DNA of 64,000 bases from Chloroflexota bacterium (GCA_016875635.1 VGPD01000005.1:5862-69861), one strand, 5' to 3'; numbered from the stretch's first letter, positions 19,506 through 33,781 are shown. The notes: generated by a model from the sequence alone, not told the origin. Numbers and translations are program-made.

Positions 19506-20189
19506 ATGGCCGAAGAGAAGCAGCCCCTGACGCGCGACCAGATGGCCGCGGTACTTGCCCAGAACATGGGATACGGGTGGATCGTGAACCTGGGGATCGG
19601 GATCCCCACGAACGTCTCCAACTTCCTGACACCCGACCAGGAGATCGTCCTGCACTCAGAGAACGGTGTGATCGGATACGGGCGGCTCGCCGGCGAAGGC
19701 GAGGAGGACCCGGACATCGTGAACGCGTCGGCGACGCAGCCGGTGACATTGAACCCCGGGGCTTCAATCGTCCACCACGCCGACGCGTTCGCGGTGATCC
19801 GCCGGGGGATGATCGACGTCACCTGCCTCGGGGCCTACCAGGTCGCGCCGGACGGCTCCTTCGCCAACTGGAAGACCACCAACGAGCCCTGGAACAACCT
19901 CGGCGGGATCGGGGGTGCGATGGACCTCGCCTCCTGCGCGAAGCAGATCTACCTCGCGATGGAGCACACGACGCGCGACGGGGAGCCGCGACTACTGGAG
20001 AAGTGCTCGCTCCCCGTCACGGCCCCGTCCGGCGTCACGCTGGTCGTGACAAACATCGCCGTGGTCGCGGTCCGGAACGGGAAGTTCATCCTCGAACAGC
20101 ACGCCCCGGGCTACACGGCCGAGGAGATCCAGGCGGTGACCGGCGCGCCGCTGGAGGTCAGCCCGGACTTCCGTCGAGTCGCCGTGTAG
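19506..20189 (+). CDS. 3-oxoacid CoA-transferase subunit B (family I)
   Basis: VNLGIGIPT, catalytic SENG, GGAMDL. Confidence 0.92.
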   Translation: MAEEKQPLTRDQMAAVLAQNMGYGWIVNLGIGIPTNVSNFLTPDQEIVLHSENGVIGYGRLAGEGEEDPDIVNASATQPVTLNPGASIVHHADAFAVIRRGMIDVTCLGAYQVAPDGSFANWKTTNEPWNNLGGIGGAMDLASCAKQIYLAMEHTTRDGEPRLLEKCSLPVTAPSGVTLVVTNIAVVAVRNGKFILEQHAPGYTAEEIQAVTGAPLEVSPDFRRVAV

Positions 20190-20212
20190 GCCCGATCAGG
20201 CCAACGATGGAC

Positions 20213-20236
20213 GAGGGGCGCCGCAGGGCGCCCCTC
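20213..20236 (+). terminator. GC-rich hairpin after the CoA-transferase genes
   Basis: gaggggcgcc-gcag-ggcgcccctc. Confidence 0.5.
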
Positions 20237-20304
20237 CTGTCCGATCGAGGCGATTTGGCGTCGCACAGGCGCCGCCTATCATGGGTGCAGGAGTCGATGC
20301 ACCG

Positions 20305-21381
20305 ATGGCCACCAAACATGCCGCCCGCCAGGCCCGGATCAAAGCCCTCCACGAGGCCCTCGCGGAGCGCGTCGTTGTGCTCGATGGGTCATGGGGGGTG
20401 CTGATCCAGGGGTACGGGCTGGGCGAGGCCGACTTCCGCGGAGAGCGGTTCCGCGACTGGTCGTACGACCTGAAGGGGAACACCGACCTCCTGAACCTGA
20501 CGCGGCCCGACCTCGTCTCGGAGATCCACCGCCAGTACCTCGAGGCGGGCGCCGAGATCACCTCGACGAACACCTTCACCGCCACCCGGATCGCCCAGGC
20601 GGACTACGGGATGTCGGAGCTGGCCGAGGAACTGAACCGCGAGGGCGCTCGCCTCGCCCGGGAGGTCGCCGACAGTTTCACGGCGCGCGACGGGCGGCCG
20701 CGCTGGGTGGCCGGCGCGCTCGGGCCGACGAACCGCACGGCCTCGATCTCACCCGAGGTCGAGGACCCCGCCGCGCGCAACGTGACCTTCGAGGAACTCC
20801 GCGTCGCGTACTACGAGGCCGCACGCGGGCTCGCCGAGGGCGGGGCGGACATCCTGCTCGTGGAGACGGTGTTCGACACGCTGAACGCGAAGGCGGCGCT
20901 GTTCGCGATCGACGAGTACTTCGAGGCGATCGGCGAGGCACTGCCGGTCATCGTGAGCGGGACGATCACCGACCGCTCGGGGCGCACGCTCTCCGGGCAG
21001 ACGGCCGAGGCGTTCTGGACCTCGATCAAGCACATCCAGCCGCTGGCGGTAGGCCTCAACTGCGCGCTCGGCCCGAAGGAACTCCGGCCGTACGTCGCGG
21101 AACTCGCGCGGGTCGCGGACGTGCCGGTCGCGGCGTACCCGAACGCGGGCCTGCCGAACGCGTTCGGCGGGTACGACGAGAGCCCGGAGTCTATGGCGGT
21201 GGAACTCGGCGCGTGGGCGCGCGACGGGCTGCTGAACATCGTCGGCTCGTGCTGCGGCAGCCGCCCCGAGCACACGAGGGCGATCGCGGAGGCCGTCCGC
21301 GGGCTACGTCCGCGCACCGTCCACGCGCACGAGCCTGTCCTCCAGCTCGCGGGGCTCGAAGCGGTGGAGATCGGCGGCTAG
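20305..21381 (+). CDS. metH: Methionine synthase, homocysteine-binding part (split MetH)
   Basis: [39 protein letters not shown]. Confidence 0.92.
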   Translation: MATKHAARQARIKALHEALAERVVVLDGSWGVLIQGYGLGEADFRGERFRDWSYDLKGNTDLLNLTRPDLVSEIHRQYLEAGAEITSTNTFTATRIAQADYGMSELAEELNREGARLAREVADSFTARDGRPRWVAGALGPTNRTASISPEVEDPAARNVTFEELRVAYYEAARGLAEGGADILLVETVFDTLNAKAALFAIDEYFEAIGEALPVIVSGTITDRSGRTLSGQTAEAFWTSIKHIQPLAVGLNCALGPKELRPYVAELARVADVPVAAYPNAGLPNAFGGYDESPESMAVELGAWARDGLLNIVGSCCGSRPEHTRAIAEAVRGLRPRTVHAHEPVLQLAGLEAVEIGG

Positions 21382-24054
<2,673 letters not shown>

Positions 24055-24096
24055 CCATGCAAGATTCGTCAGCGGTCGGATAGCGGGAGGGACTCC

Positions 24097-24918
24097 GTGG
24101 CACATCCTCTTGATGGCCCGCTCCAGAAACTCCAGCGGGCTGATGAGCACATCGACGCGCTCGACCGTGAACTCAAGACTTGGGAACGGTCGCATCCCAA
24201 CCCTATTGGCGTCACGTTCCAGGGTCACACTGATCAGACAGGCAACGTCTTCCGTTTCGACTTTCGTGAACCGCCGACACATACCGGCCTCATTTTTGGT
24301 GATGCCGTTACCAACATGCGGTCTGCCCTCGACCATGTCACATGGCAACTCGCCCTCTCCAACTGTGGAGAAAGCACCACCCCATATAAGCGCACGGCCT
24401 TCCCGATCCAGAACGATCCCGAAAGTTGGGAATCCACTGCACTCGACGTGTTGCGCCACGTCCGCCCCGAAGCATGGGATTTGATCGAATCGTTGCAGCC
24501 CTACCACGGCTTCGACTGGCCTGACCTTGGGTGGCTGAGGTACATCAACGAACTCGCCAACGCGGACAAACATCGGGCCACGCCGTTCGTTGCTGGCCGT
24601 GCCACGATTACAGATCGTGCGTCGAAGAGTTCCGTGAAGATTCCGCACACGCTAAAGAACGGCGACATGCTCCAACTGCACATCGAGCCAGCGAATCACG
24701 ATCGCCATCTAGACATCGCCGCTCAGATTGGGGTGGAGTGCGAGGGTGAGATGGTCGGAGTTGCTGGACTCAGCCAACTCAATCGTTTCGTTCGCGACGA
24801 AGTGATCCCCTTGTTTGGCGGCTTCTTCGATGAACGAAGCCCAACCGACAACCGGTTTCCCACCCGCCCTCCGAAGAAGCGGAACACGCGAAGTAATCGA
24901 AAGCCCAAGAAGCGTTAG
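24097..24918 (+). CDS. Hypothetical protein, AT-richer than its flanks, possibly HEPN-like
   Basis: GGGAGG then GTG; GDAVTNMRSALDHVTWQL and LANADKHR; many A/T-ending codons. Confidence 0.7.
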   Translation: MAHPLDGPLQKLQRADEHIDALDRELKTWERSHPNPIGVTFQGHTDQTGNVFRFDFREPPTHTGLIFGDAVTNMRSALDHVTWQLALSNCGESTTPYKRTAFPIQNDPESWESTALDVLRHVRPEAWDLIESLQPYHGFDWPDLGWLRYINELANADKHRATPFVAGRATITDRASKSSVKIPHTLKNGDMLQLHIEPANHDRHLDIAAQIGVECEGEMVGVAGLSQLNRFVRDEVIPLFGGFFDERSPTDNRFPTRPPKKRNTRSNRKPKKR

Positions 24919-25038
24919 CAGGGTGCGTACTTCACCCGCGAGCGGGTAGACCCGACTGCTCGTCGTTGGATTCGCGGCATGCTGCCGATTAGAAGTCGGG
25001 CCATCACTCGCCCCCTCCTCGGAAGGCGAGTGAGCGTG

Positions 25039-25893
25039 CTACGCCAGCCCGAGGTTCCGCGCGATGGTGCGGGCCGGCTCACTGAAGTTCATCGTGTAGA
25101 GGTGGAGGCCGGGGGCGCCGGCGGCGAGCAGCGCCTCGCCGAGGCGGGTCGCCTCGTCCGTCGCGATGGCGCGGCGGGCGTCGACGTCCTCACCCGCGGC
25201 TTCGAGGCGGGCGACGATCTCGCGCGGGTACTCGGTGCCGTTCTGCTCCGCCATGCGGCCGATGCCCTCGACGTTCGTGGGGGGCATGATGCCCGCGATC
25301 ACCGGGGTGCGGACGCCGCGCTTCGCCATCGCCTCCACGAACCGCTCGTAGTACTCAGCGCGGAAGAAGAACTGGGTGATGGCGAAGTCCGCCGCCGCCA
25401 GCTTCTGCGCATGGTGTTCGAGGTCGGAGGCCGCGTCGGCCGCCTTCGGGTGGCCCTCGGGGTGCGCGGCGACGCCGATCGACCAGTCGGTGCGGACGCG
25501 GGCGAGCGCGACGAGGTCGATGGCGCGGGTGAAGTGGCCCGCGGGCACCTCGGTCGTGCCGGGCGGGAGGTCGCCGTGGAGCGCGAGCAGGTTCTCCACG
25601 CCCATCGCGGCGTAGGCGTCGAGCAACGCGCGGATCTCCTCGCGGGTGTGGGAGACGCACGTGAGGTGGGGCATCCCGGTCACGCCGAGGCCGATGATCT
25701 GCCGCACGATCTCGGGGGTCGGGCCGCGCGAGGTCCCGCCGGCGCCGTAGGTGACGGACATGAACGAGGGCTGGAGCGCCGAGAGCCGGAACAAGGTCCT
25801 CGCCAGCCGTCGCTCGCCCTCCGGGTCGCGCGGCGCGGAGAACTCGAAGGAGAGCGTGCGGCCAGCCGCGAGGAGGTCGGCTATCTTCGGCAT
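25039..25893 (-). CDS. metF: 5,10-methylenetetrahydrofolate reductase
   Basis: SFEFSAP, SVTYGAGG, PHLTCV, AAHPEGHP, ITQFFF, GLHLYTMN; real start MPKIADLL at 25893. Confidence 0.93.
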   Translation of the reverse strand: MPKIADLLAAGRTLSFEFSAPRDPEGERRLARTLFRLSALQPSFMSVTYGAGGTSRGPTPEIVRQIIGLGVTGMPHLTCVSHTREEIRALLDAYAAMGVENLLALHGDLPPGTTEVPAGHFTRAIDLVALARVRTDWSIGVAAHPEGHPKAADAASDLEHHAQKLAAADFAITQFFFRAEYYERFVEAMAKRGVRTPVIAGIMPPTNVEGIGRMAEQNGTEYPREIVARLEAAGEDVDARRAIATDEATRLGEALLAAGAPGLHLYTMNFSEPARTIARNLGLA

Positions 25894-25971
25894 CCACGCA
25901 TGATTGCGGCTGGGGGGCGTGACGTATAGCGGGCGCGCGGCAGCAGGACACCCGGCGCGTAGGATCGCGCG

Positions 25972-27237
25972 ATGACCTTCCCCCTGAGACTGCTCCCGGC
26001 CTCGGCGACCCCGGACGCCGCCCGCCTCGTCGCCGCGCGCACCGTCCGAGGGCTCTCCGACGGCTTCGTCTCCGTCCTCCTGGCCGCCTACCTGCGCGAC
26101 GCCGGCTTCTCCCCGGTCGAGATCAGCGCCGTGATCACGGGCACGCTGCTCGGCTCCGCCGCTCTCACGCTCGGCCTCGGCCTGTTCGGGTACGAGATCA
26201 GCCGGCGCACGGTGCTGTTCGGCGCGGTGGGGCTGATGGCGGGCACGGGGATCGGCTTCGCCACCGTCACCGCGTTCTGGCCGCTGCTCGCGATCGCCGT
26301 CGTCGGGACGCTGAACCCCTCCAACGGCGACGTCTCCGTCTTCCTCCCGACCGAGCAGGCGCTGCTCTCCGAGACGGTCGAGGCGCGCGACCGGACGGCT
26401 CTCTTCGCCCGCTACAACCTCGGAGGGCTGTTCGCGGCGGCCGTCGGGGCGCTGGGGGCGGGGTTGCCGGTGGCGGTCGCCCGGGCGGCGGGCTGGGACC
26501 TCCTGCAGGCCGAGCGTCTGGCGTTCCTGCTCTACGCCGCGACCGCCCTCATGCTGTTCGCGATCTAATCCGGCCTGCGCGTCGACACCGCCGTCGAGGG
26601 ACTGCGCCAGGGCGCGCCGCTGCGCAAGGCGAAGCGCACCGTCTACCGACTGACCGCATTGTTCTCGCTGGACTCCTTCGGCGGCGGCTTCGTGGTGCAG
26701 TCGCTGCTCGCGCTCTGGCTCTTCGAACGGTTCGAAATGCCGGTGGCGCAGGTGGGCGCGATCTTCTTCGGCGCGGGGCTGCTCGCGGCGACCTCGCAAC
26801 TGGCGTCGCCACTGCTGGCGCGGCGGATCGGGCTGATCCGCACGATGGTATACACGCACCTGCCCTCGAACGGGCTGCTGATCCTCGCGGCGCTGATGCC
26901 GACCGCGCCGCTGGCGGTGGCCTGCCTGCTGGCGCGGATGGTGCTGTCGCAGATGGATGTCCCCGCGCGCCAGTCCTACGTGATGGCGGTCGTCCCGTCC
27001 GAGGAGCGCGCCGTCGCCGCGAGCGTCACCAACGTCCCGCGCAGCCTCGCCTCCGCGTTCGCGCCGCTGCTGGCGGGGGCGATGCTGGAGGCGACCTCGT
27101 TCGGGTGGCCGCTGATCTGCGCGGGCGTCCTCAAGAGCGTGTACGACGTTCTGCTGTTGTGGCAGTTCCGCGCGCACCCGGCGCCCGAGGAGTCGCCGGC
27201 GGGGCCTTCTGGGCCGGGGGCGCGCGCTTCGGCCTGA
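25972..27237 (+). pseudogene. MFS transporter interrupted by an in-frame TAA at 26566-26568
   Basis: Both track ORFs are in one frame: LMLFAI*SGLRVD...LFSLDSFGGGFVVQS...SQMDVPARQSY; the stop is plausibly TAC>TAA. Confidence 0.8.
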
Positions 27238-27691
27238 CCGCGGCGCGCCACTCGTCGTAGGAGGGCACCTGCTCCTTCACGACGTAGAGGAAGTGGAAGG
27301 CGCCCATGTCCCCCATGAACTTGAAGTCCTTGCCGAGCATCTTCGCGCGGTCCCAGTAGTCGGGCTTCGAGCGGAGGTACTTGCGGAAGGTGCCGTGCTG
27401 CTGTTCCAGATCGAGCATCCGTGCGGCGTTGTGGAGGATCGCGTTCACCTTCGTGCGATTGCGGATGATCCGCGGGTCGACGAGCAGCGCATCGACCTCC
27501 CGCTCGGAGAGCGCCAGCAGTCGCTCCGGGTCGAAGCCGTGGAACGCCTCCCGCAGGTCGGGCCACTTCTTCTCGACGACCGCCCAGGAGATGCCCGTCT
27601 GCATGACGGACTTGCTCATCACCTCGAGGTAGTCGGCGAGGCGCTTCGGCGTGACCTGTGGCGGCGCTCCGTACTCGCGTGGCTCGGGCAT
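27131..27691 (-). CDS. DNA-3-methyladenine glycosylase I-like protein
   Basis: QTGISWAVVEKK...REAFHGFD...IIRNRTKVNAILHNA...FKFMG; 3' end overlaps the convergent MFS gene. Confidence 0.8.
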   Translation of the reverse strand: MPEPREYGAPPQVTPKRLADYLEVMSKSVMQTGISWAVVEKKWPDLREAFHGFDPERLLALSEREVDALLVDPRIIRNRTKVNAILHNAARMLDLEQQHGTFRKYLRSKPDYWDRAKMLGKDFKFMGDMGAFHFLYVVKEQVPSYDEWRAAVRPKRAPPAQKAPPATPRAPGARGTATTAERRTRS

Positions 27692-27780
27692 GGGGGCCTC
27701 CCGTGTGCGGAATCGAGTATCCCGCGCGAGTCCAGCCCTCGGTAGACTCGTCCCCCGCACCTTCGAGGCAGGAGCAGCCG

Positions 27781-28755
27781 ATGCGTTACGTCATCTACGG
27801 GGCCGGGGCAGTCGGCGGCGGCATCGGCGTGAAGCTGGTCCAGGCGGGCAAGGATGTCGTCCTGATCGCGCGCGGGGAGCACCTCCGCGTCATGCAGGCC
27901 GAGGGCATCCGCGTCCGCTCGCCGCGAGAGGACGTCCGCGTCCCCGTCACCGCCGTCGCCTCCCCGTCCGAGGTGGACTGGCGCGGCGACGAGGTCGTGC
28001 TGCTGACGATGAAGACGCAGGACACCGTGCCCGCCCTCGAGGCGCTGCGTGACGCGGCGGGGTCGCGCGTGCCCGTGTTCTGCGCGCAGAACGGCGTGGA
28101 GAACGAGCGGATGGCCGCGCGCCGCTTCGAGCGGGTGTACGCCACGCTGGTGCAGATGCCGACGACGCATCTGACGCCAGGCGAGGTGCAGCTGTTCGGC
28201 GCGCACACCTGGGGGAACCTCGACACCTGCGTCTACCCCTCGGGGGTGGACGCGACGGCGGAGCAGTTCTGCCGCGACACGAACGACGCGGGGTTCGAGT
28301 CGGTGGCTGACCCGCTGGCGCTGGAGCAGAAGTACGCGAAGTTGCTCTTCAACCTGAACAACATCGCGCAGGCGCTGTTCACGCCGAAGGATGATCCGAC
28401 GGAGCTGGTGCGGTTGCTGCGCGAGGAGGGAGCGGCGGCGATGCGAGCGGCCGGGATCCGCTGGACGCCGCCGGAGCGCGCGCGGCAGACGAACTTCGTC
28501 TACGGGGAGATCCCGGGGCTGAAACGCGAGGGCGGTTCGACCTGGCAGAGCGTGGTCACCGGCCGGTCACTGGAGACGGACTACCTGAACGGGGAGATGG
28601 TGTTGCTCGGGAAGTTGCACGGGGTTCCGACGCCGGCGAACGCGGAAATGCTGGACATCGCTGCCCAGACGGCGGCCGAGCGCCGCCAGCCCGGCTGGAT
28701 CACCCCCGAGGAGTGCCTGGCCCGCATCGCCGCGCGCACCTCGTCGGCCACGTAG
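27781..28755 (+). CDS. Ketopantoate reductase (PanE/ApbA) family
   Basis: IYGAGAVGG, CAQNGVENE, KYAKLLFNL, ETDYLNGE, PTPAN. Confidence 0.88.
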   Translation: MRYVIYGAGAVGGGIGVKLVQAGKDVVLIARGEHLRVMQAEGIRVRSPREDVRVPVTAVASPSEVDWRGDEVVLLTMKTQDTVPALEALRDAAGSRVPVFCAQNGVENERMAARRFERVYATLVQMPTTHLTPGEVQLFGAHTWGNLDTCVYPSGVDATAEQFCRDTNDAGFESVADPLALEQKYAKLLFNLNNIAQALFTPKDDPTELVRLLREEGAAAMRAAGIRWTPPERARQTNFVYGEIPGLKREGGSTWQSVVTGRSLETDYLNGEMVLLGKLHGVPTPANAEMLDIAAQTAAERRQPGWITPEECLARIAARTSSAT

Positions 28756-28806
28756 AACCGACGGCCGCCCGGTGCTAGGCTCGCTGCGAACGAGCAGGGA
28801 GACATC

Positions 28807-29001
28807 ATGGGCTGCCCCGTCCACATCTGGGTCCCGCTGATGGCGGCCGCCGCGCCATTCGCGCGCTCGGCCCGCGATCACATCCGCGGCTTCCTGCCGA
28901 AGTCCCAGCCGCCCGCCGAGGCCGCACCGCGGGAACTCCACCGCTGGTCACCGGTCGGCGCCTCGCAGGCCAACACCGAGGCCGACCAGCCCGCCCGCTA
29001 G
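28807..29001 (+). CDS. Small hypothetical protein (64 aa)
   Basis: AGGGAG RBS; fills the gap between co-oriented genes; GC3-rich codons; starts MGCPVHIWVP. Confidence 0.55.
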   Translation: MGCPVHIWVPLMAAAAPFARSARDHIRGFLPKSQPPAEAAPRELHRWSPVGASQANTEADQPAR

Positions 29002-29033
29002 CACTCCATCCCGAACGCTTGAAAGGCGGCCGT

Positions 29034-29846
29034 GTGGCCGAATCCGTGTTCACGCGCGACGGCGACTCCTACGTCCCCATGCGCCACGCGAAGAGCCCGT
29101 GGAGCCCGGATGGCCTGCACGGCGGGCCGCCCGCCGGCCTCCTCGCCTACGCCATCGAACGGTTCATCGACGACCGCGAGATGCAGCTCTCCCGCCTGAC
29201 CGTCGACCTCTTCCGCATGGTGCCCAACGTCCCGCTCCGGACGAAGGTGGAGGCGGTGCGCAGCGGCCGGCGCGTGGTCGGCGTGGACGCCGCCCTGATC
29301 GCGGACGGCGTGGAGGTCGTGCGGGCCTCGGCGTTGCTCCTGCGACGGTCCGAGGCGCCCGTGGGCGGCGGCGTCTATCCGCCCCCGCCGGGACCGGAAG
29401 GCTACCCGTCGCAGGCCGGTATCGGTCGCTTCCCGCGCGTCGAGCCCCCGCTGGGCACGCCGCCCGTCCGGCCGCACCTCTTCGGGTTCCACACCTCGGT
29501 GGAGACGCGCTGGGTGTCGGCCCCCGACGAGCAGCCGCCCACCACCTGGGTGCGCATCCCGATGCCGTTCATCGAGGGTGAGGAGACCACGCCGGCGACG
29601 CGCGCCGCGGCGCTGGCGGACTTCGGGAACGCCCTCGGCAACCTCGCGGGCGCGGGGGACGGGCTGTCATATATCAACGCCGACATCAACCTGAACCTGG
29701 TCCGCGAACCCGTGGGCGAGTGGCTCTGCATGCGGGTCGACCACCGCGACGAGGCGGCCGGCGTCGGCCTCGTCGAGTCGATCTGGTACGACCAGCGCGG
29801 CCGGTACGGCCGCGTGACCCAGTCCCGCCTCGCAAACGCGCGCTAG
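29034..29846 (+). CDS. Double-hotdog thioesterase family protein
   Basis: SPWSPDGLHGGPPAGLL, RLTVDLFR, ALADFGN, YINADI. Confidence 0.85.
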   Translation: MAESVFTRDGDSYVPMRHAKSPWSPDGLHGGPPAGLLAYAIERFIDDREMQLSRLTVDLFRMVPNVPLRTKVEAVRSGRRVVGVDAALIADGVEVVRASALLLRRSEAPVGGGVYPPPPGPEGYPSQAGIGRFPRVEPPLGTPPVRPHLFGFHTSVETRWVSAPDEQPPTTWVRIPMPFIEGEETTPATRAAALADFGNALGNLAGAGDGLSYINADINLNLVREPVGEWLCMRVDHRDEAAGVGLVESIWYDQRGRYGRVTQSRLANAR

Positions 29847-30367
29847 TCCGCCTCTGCCGCCTCCGAGGCGAGCCGCGCGATGGCGTCGCGTTCCATCCGG
29901 TACGGCAGCCACGTCTGCTGATGGGCCATCCCGAGCGCCTCGTAGAAGCCGCGCGCCGGGTTCCAGTCGAGAACCGCGAGGTCGAGGCGCGCCGCCCCTC
30001 GATCCTGCGCGAACCGGGCGACGGCGGCCATCAGCGCATGGCCGACGCCCGAGGCACGCTCCTCCTCGATGACGAACAGGTCCTCGATGTAGATGCCGGC
30101 TCGGCCTTCCCACGTCGAGTAGTTCGGGAAGAAGAGCGCGAACCCGACCGGGAGCGGACCGGCGTCGAGCAGACGCTCGGCGATCAGGACCTCGAACGCC
30201 GGGCGCGGCCCGAAGCCATCGCGCCAGATGTCCCGCACGGTGAGGCGGACATGCTCGACCGGCTCGTGCTCAAAACGGGCGAGGCCGCGCACAAACTCGA
30301 CGATCGCGGTGGCGTCCGCAGGTCGCGCCGGACGGATCCGGAGGGTCGGGTCAGCGGTCACAGGCAC
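29843..30367 (-). CDS. GNAT acetyltransferase (SSAT-like)
   Basis: NYSTWEGRAGIYIEDLFV, RASGVG, VLDWNPARGFYEALG. Confidence 0.9.
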   Translation of the reverse strand: MPVTADPTLRIRPARPADATAIVEFVRGLARFEHEPVEHVRLTVRDIWRDGFGPRPAFEVLIAERLLDAGPLPVGFALFFPNYSTWEGRAGIYIEDLFVIEEERASGVGHALMAAVARFAQDRGAARLDLAVLDWNPARGFYEALGMAHQQTWLPYRMERDAIARLASEAAEAD

Positions 30368-30450
30368 TCCTCAGCGGGCGGGGGTTCGGGCGAAGGTGAC
30401 GCCATGCTACCGTCTCTGCTCGGCGCGCTTCCGACGGATGGGACACTTCG

Positions 30451-32520
30451 ATGAACCGCCTGGCCGGGGAGAGCAGCCCCTACCTCCGTCAACACGCGGA
30501 GAATCCTGTCGACTGGTACCCCTGGGGAGACGAGGCGTTCGCACGCGCTCGCACGGACGGGAAGCCGATCATCCTCTCGGTCGGGTACTCCGCCTGCCAC
30601 TGGTGCCATGTGATGGCGCACGAGTCGTTCGAGGACCCCTCGACGGCCGCGCTGATGAATGAGTGGTTCGTCAACGTGAAGGTGGACCGGGAGGAGCGTC
30701 CCGACGTGGACGCCGTCTACATGACGGTGACGCAGGCGCTCACCGGCCAGGGCGGATGGCCGATGACGGTCTTCCTCACACCTGACCTCAAGCCGTTCTA
30801 CGCCGGCACCTATTTCCCCGCCGTCGACAGCCACGGCCGGCCCGCGTTCACCCGGCTGCTCCGCTCGATCCACGAAGCCTGGGAGGCCGACCGCGAGAAG
30901 GTGGTGGACTCGGCGGAGCAGATCACGACCCAACTGCAGGAGGCGACCCGTCGCGTGAACAGCGGCAGCGGCGCCGCCATCGACGCCGCGCTCCCGGCGC
31001 GCGTCGTCGAGGCGTTGCGGAACGAGTTCGACGAGGAGTGGGGCGGCTTCGACGGCGCCCCGAAGTTCCCTTCGCCGTCCAACCTCGAGTTCCTGCTGGC
31101 GTACCACGCGAGCCACCCCGACGACCCGCTGGAACCTCGGGCGCTCCACCTCGTCACGCACACGCTGCGACGGATGATGGACGGTGGTATCTACGACCAC
31201 CTCGGTGGCGGCTTCCACCGCTACTCCGTGGACGCGCGCTGGCTGGTGCCACACTTCGAAAAGATGCTCTACGACAACGCCCAGCTGGCACGGCTCTACC
31301 TGCACGCGTTCCAGACCACCGGTGACCCCGCGTTCGAGCGGGTTGTACGGGAGACCCTCGGCTACCTCGAACGGGAGATGCTCGACCGTTCCGGCGGCTT
31401 CTACGCCGCCCAGGACGCCGACACCGAGGGCATCGAGGGCAAGTTCTTCGTCTGGTCGCCGGCGCAGATCGACGCCATCCTCGGCGCCGAGGACGGCCGC
31501 CTCTTCCGCACGGTGTACGGCGTGACCGACGCCGGGAACTTCGAAGACCCACACCACCCGGAGTTCGGCCGCCAGAACATCCTGCACCGCCCGCAGCCGA
31601 TCGAGGACTGCGCCCGCGACCTCGGCCTTGATGTCGCGACGCTGGAGGCGCGCCTGCCGGCCCTCCGAGCGCGGCTGCTCGCCGAGCGCGAGACGCGTGT
31701 CCATCCGGGCCTCGACGACAAGGTGCTCGCTTCGTGGAATGGCCTCGCGCTCGCGGCCTTCGCCGAATGTGGCCGCGTGCTCGGCGAGGCCCACTACGTC
31801 GAGGTCGCCACGCGCACGGCGACGTTCCTGCGGCGTCAGATGTGGGACGCGGGCCTGCTCCACACCTGGAAGAATGGCGAGGCGAAGGTCGACGGGCTGC
31901 TGGAGGACTACGCCTTCGTCGGGCTGGGGCTGCTCGAGCTGTTCAAGGCGACGGGCGACATCGCGCAGCTGCACTGGGCCCAGAGGCTGCTGGACGACGC
32001 GCTCGACCACTTCCACGACGAGGCGAGCGGGGGGTTCTTCGAGTCGCCGCTCGACGGCAAGGAGCTGATCCTCCGGCAGAAGCCATTCTTCGATGCGGCC
32101 ACGCCGAGCGGCAACGGGGCGATGGCGCAGCTGGCGACCTGGCTCGCGCGTTACACCGGCAACGAGGAGTGGGAGACCGTCGGCGGCGAAGTCCTCGCCC
32201 TGGTGGCCGGGCAGCTCCAGCGCGCCGTGACCGGCTTCGGCTCGACGCTGCTCGCCCTCGACTTGATCGCCGCGCCCCCGCGGGAGATCGCGATCGTGGG
32301 CACGCCTGAGCTGCGCGCGCCGTTCGAGCGCGAGGTCGCGCGGCGCTTCCTGCCCACGACGGTGATCGTGCCGGCTGCCTCGGGCGGCCTCCTGCCCGTC
32401 CTCGAGGGCCGGGGCGTCGCGCCGGGTGAGGCGACGGCATACGTGTGCGAGGCGATGGTCTGCGGGCTGCCCGCGCACACACCGGAGATGTTGCGTGAGC
32501 AACTCGACCACGCCCGCTGA
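30451..32520 (+). CDS. YyaL/SSP411 (DUF255) thioredoxin-domain protein
   Basis: [45 protein letters not shown]. Confidence 0.93.
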   Translation: MNRLAGESSPYLRQHAENPVDWYPWGDEAFARARTDGKPIILSVGYSACHWCHVMAHESFEDPSTAALMNEWFVNVKVDREERPDVDAVYMTVTQALTGQGGWPMTVFLTPDLKPFYAGTYFPAVDSHGRPAFTRLLRSIHEAWEADREKVVDSAEQITTQLQEATRRVNSGSGAAIDAALPARVVEALRNEFDEEWGGFDGAPKFPSPSNLEFLLAYHASHPDDPLEPRALHLVTHTLRRMMDGGIYDHLGGGFHRYSVDARWLVPHFEKMLYDNAQLARLYLHAFQTTGDPAFERVVRETLGYLEREMLDRSGGFYAAQDADTEGIEGKFFVWSPAQIDAILGAEDGRLFRTVYGVTDAGNFEDPHHPEFGRQNILHRPQPIEDCARDLGLDVATLEARLPALRARLLAERETRVHPGLDDKVLASWNGLALAAFAECGRVLGEAHYVEVATRTATFLRRQMWDAGLLHTWKNGEAKVDGLLEDYAFVGLGLLELFKATGDIAQLHWAQRLLDDALDHFHDEASGGFFESPLDGKELILRQKPFFDAATPSGNGAMAQLATWLARYTGNEEWETVGGEVLALVAGQLQRAVTGFGSTLLALDLIAAPPREIAIVGTPELRAPFEREVARRFLPTTVIVPAASGGLLPVLEGRGVAPGEATAYVCEAMVCGLPAHTPEMLREQLDHAR

Positions 32521-33781
32521 CCCAGAAGGCGCGCGCGCGGCGCGGCTGACCATCTGGTCGCCCTTCGCCTTCCGCGACTACCGGCTGCTCTGGCTTGGCT
32601 CGGCCGCGTACACGATCACGGCGCAGATGGCAGTGCTGGTCACCGCGGTCTGGCTGTTCGAGGAGACCGGCTCGGCGGCGCGCCTCGCGCTGCTGGGCGT
32701 CGTGCAGTTGTTCGTGCAGATCGTCGCGCTCGTCTGGGGCGGGACGCTCGCCGACCAGTTCGACCGGAAGCGGCTCATCGCGGCCGTGCAGGCGGCGACG
32801 TTCGCGGTGCTGACGGCGCTCGCCATCCTCGCCGTTGCCGGCACTCTCACACCCTGGCACATCTATGCCGCGACCGCGGTGCTGGGTGTCACGGGCGTCG
32901 TGAGCCAGCCCGCGCGCGGGGCGCTGACGGCGAACGTGGTGCCGCGGACGCACCTCCTGTACGCCGTGAGCTCCGACAACATCACGCGGCAGGTCGGCTC
33001 GATCCTCGCGCCATTGATGTTCGCGATGGTGACGGAACGGCTGTCGCTGACCGCTGCCTTCGTGATGGCCGCTGTCACCGCGATCCCGAGCGTGCTGATG
33101 CCGCTCGGCATCCGTGCCGACACCCGACCGGCCCGTGAGGAGGGCGTGGAGGTCACGGGCGGGCCCCGGGAGGTGGTGCGGCTGGCATGGGAGGGGTTCA
33201 CCTTCGTCCGCAGGCACAGGCTGCTTCCCGGCCTCTACCTGCTCGACATCGGCATGACCGTGTTCACGTTCTACCGGCAGGTGCTCCCGGCGCTCGCGAG
33301 CGGCCTGTTCCGGGGTGGGCCGGGCGGGGTCGGCCTCCTCACCGCGGCGAACTCGCTGGGTTCGGTGCTGGGCTCGCTCACGGTGGTGCGGTTCGAGCGG
33401 TATCCGAGGAAGGGGATGCTGGTCGTCTACGCCACCGTGGGATTCTCGCTCGCCGTCCTCTTGTTCGGGACCACGACGGCGTTGTGGATGGGTGTGGCGG
33501 TCATCGCGCTGATGGGGGCGACGGACGGCGTCTCGGTGACGATGCGTGAGACGGTGGTGCAGATCGAGACGCCGGACGCGATGCGCGGCCGGACGGTCAG
33601 CCTGGGCTACCTGGCGGCGGTGACGGCGAACAACGTGGGGACGATCTGGGTGGGTTTCCTCACCGCCGAGATCGGGGCGTCCCGGACGATGCAGATCGGC
33701 GGGCTGCTCTCGCTGATGATCACGTTCGGGGTCTGGCGCGGCGTCGCCGGGCTGCGCGAGTACCGCGACCGCACGACGTAA
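32495..33781 (+). CDS. MFS transporter (EntS/DHA3-like)
   Basis: [31 protein letters not shown]. Confidence 0.85.
   Translation: MSNSTTPADPEGARAARLTIWSPFAFRDYRLLWLGSAAYTITAQMAVLVTAVWLFEETGSAARLALLGVVQLFVQIVALVWGGTLADQFDRKRLIAAVQAATFAVLTALAILAVAGTLTPWHIYAATAVLGVTGVVSQPARGALTANVVPRTHLLYAVSSDNITRQVGSILAPLMFAMVTERLSLTAAFVMAAVTAIPSVLMPLGIRADTRPAREEGVEVTGGPREVVRLAWEGFTFVRRHRLLPGLYLLDIGMTVFTFYRQVLPALASGLFRGGPGGVGLLTAANSLGSVLGSLTVVRFERYPRKGMLVVYATVGFSLAVLLFGTTTALWMGVAVIALMGATDGVSVTMRETVVQIETPDAMRGRTVSLGYLAAVTANNVGTIWVGFLTAEIGASRTMQIGGLLSLMITFGVWRGVAGLREYRDRTT

Noticed and set aside
9670-21381. Pyrrolysine or amber recoding to explain the TAGs in phoX and metH
   Set aside because: TAG ends many ordinary genes here, no pyl genes or methylamine methyltransferases are visible, the phoX site fits Glu, and the metH site is a known fission point.
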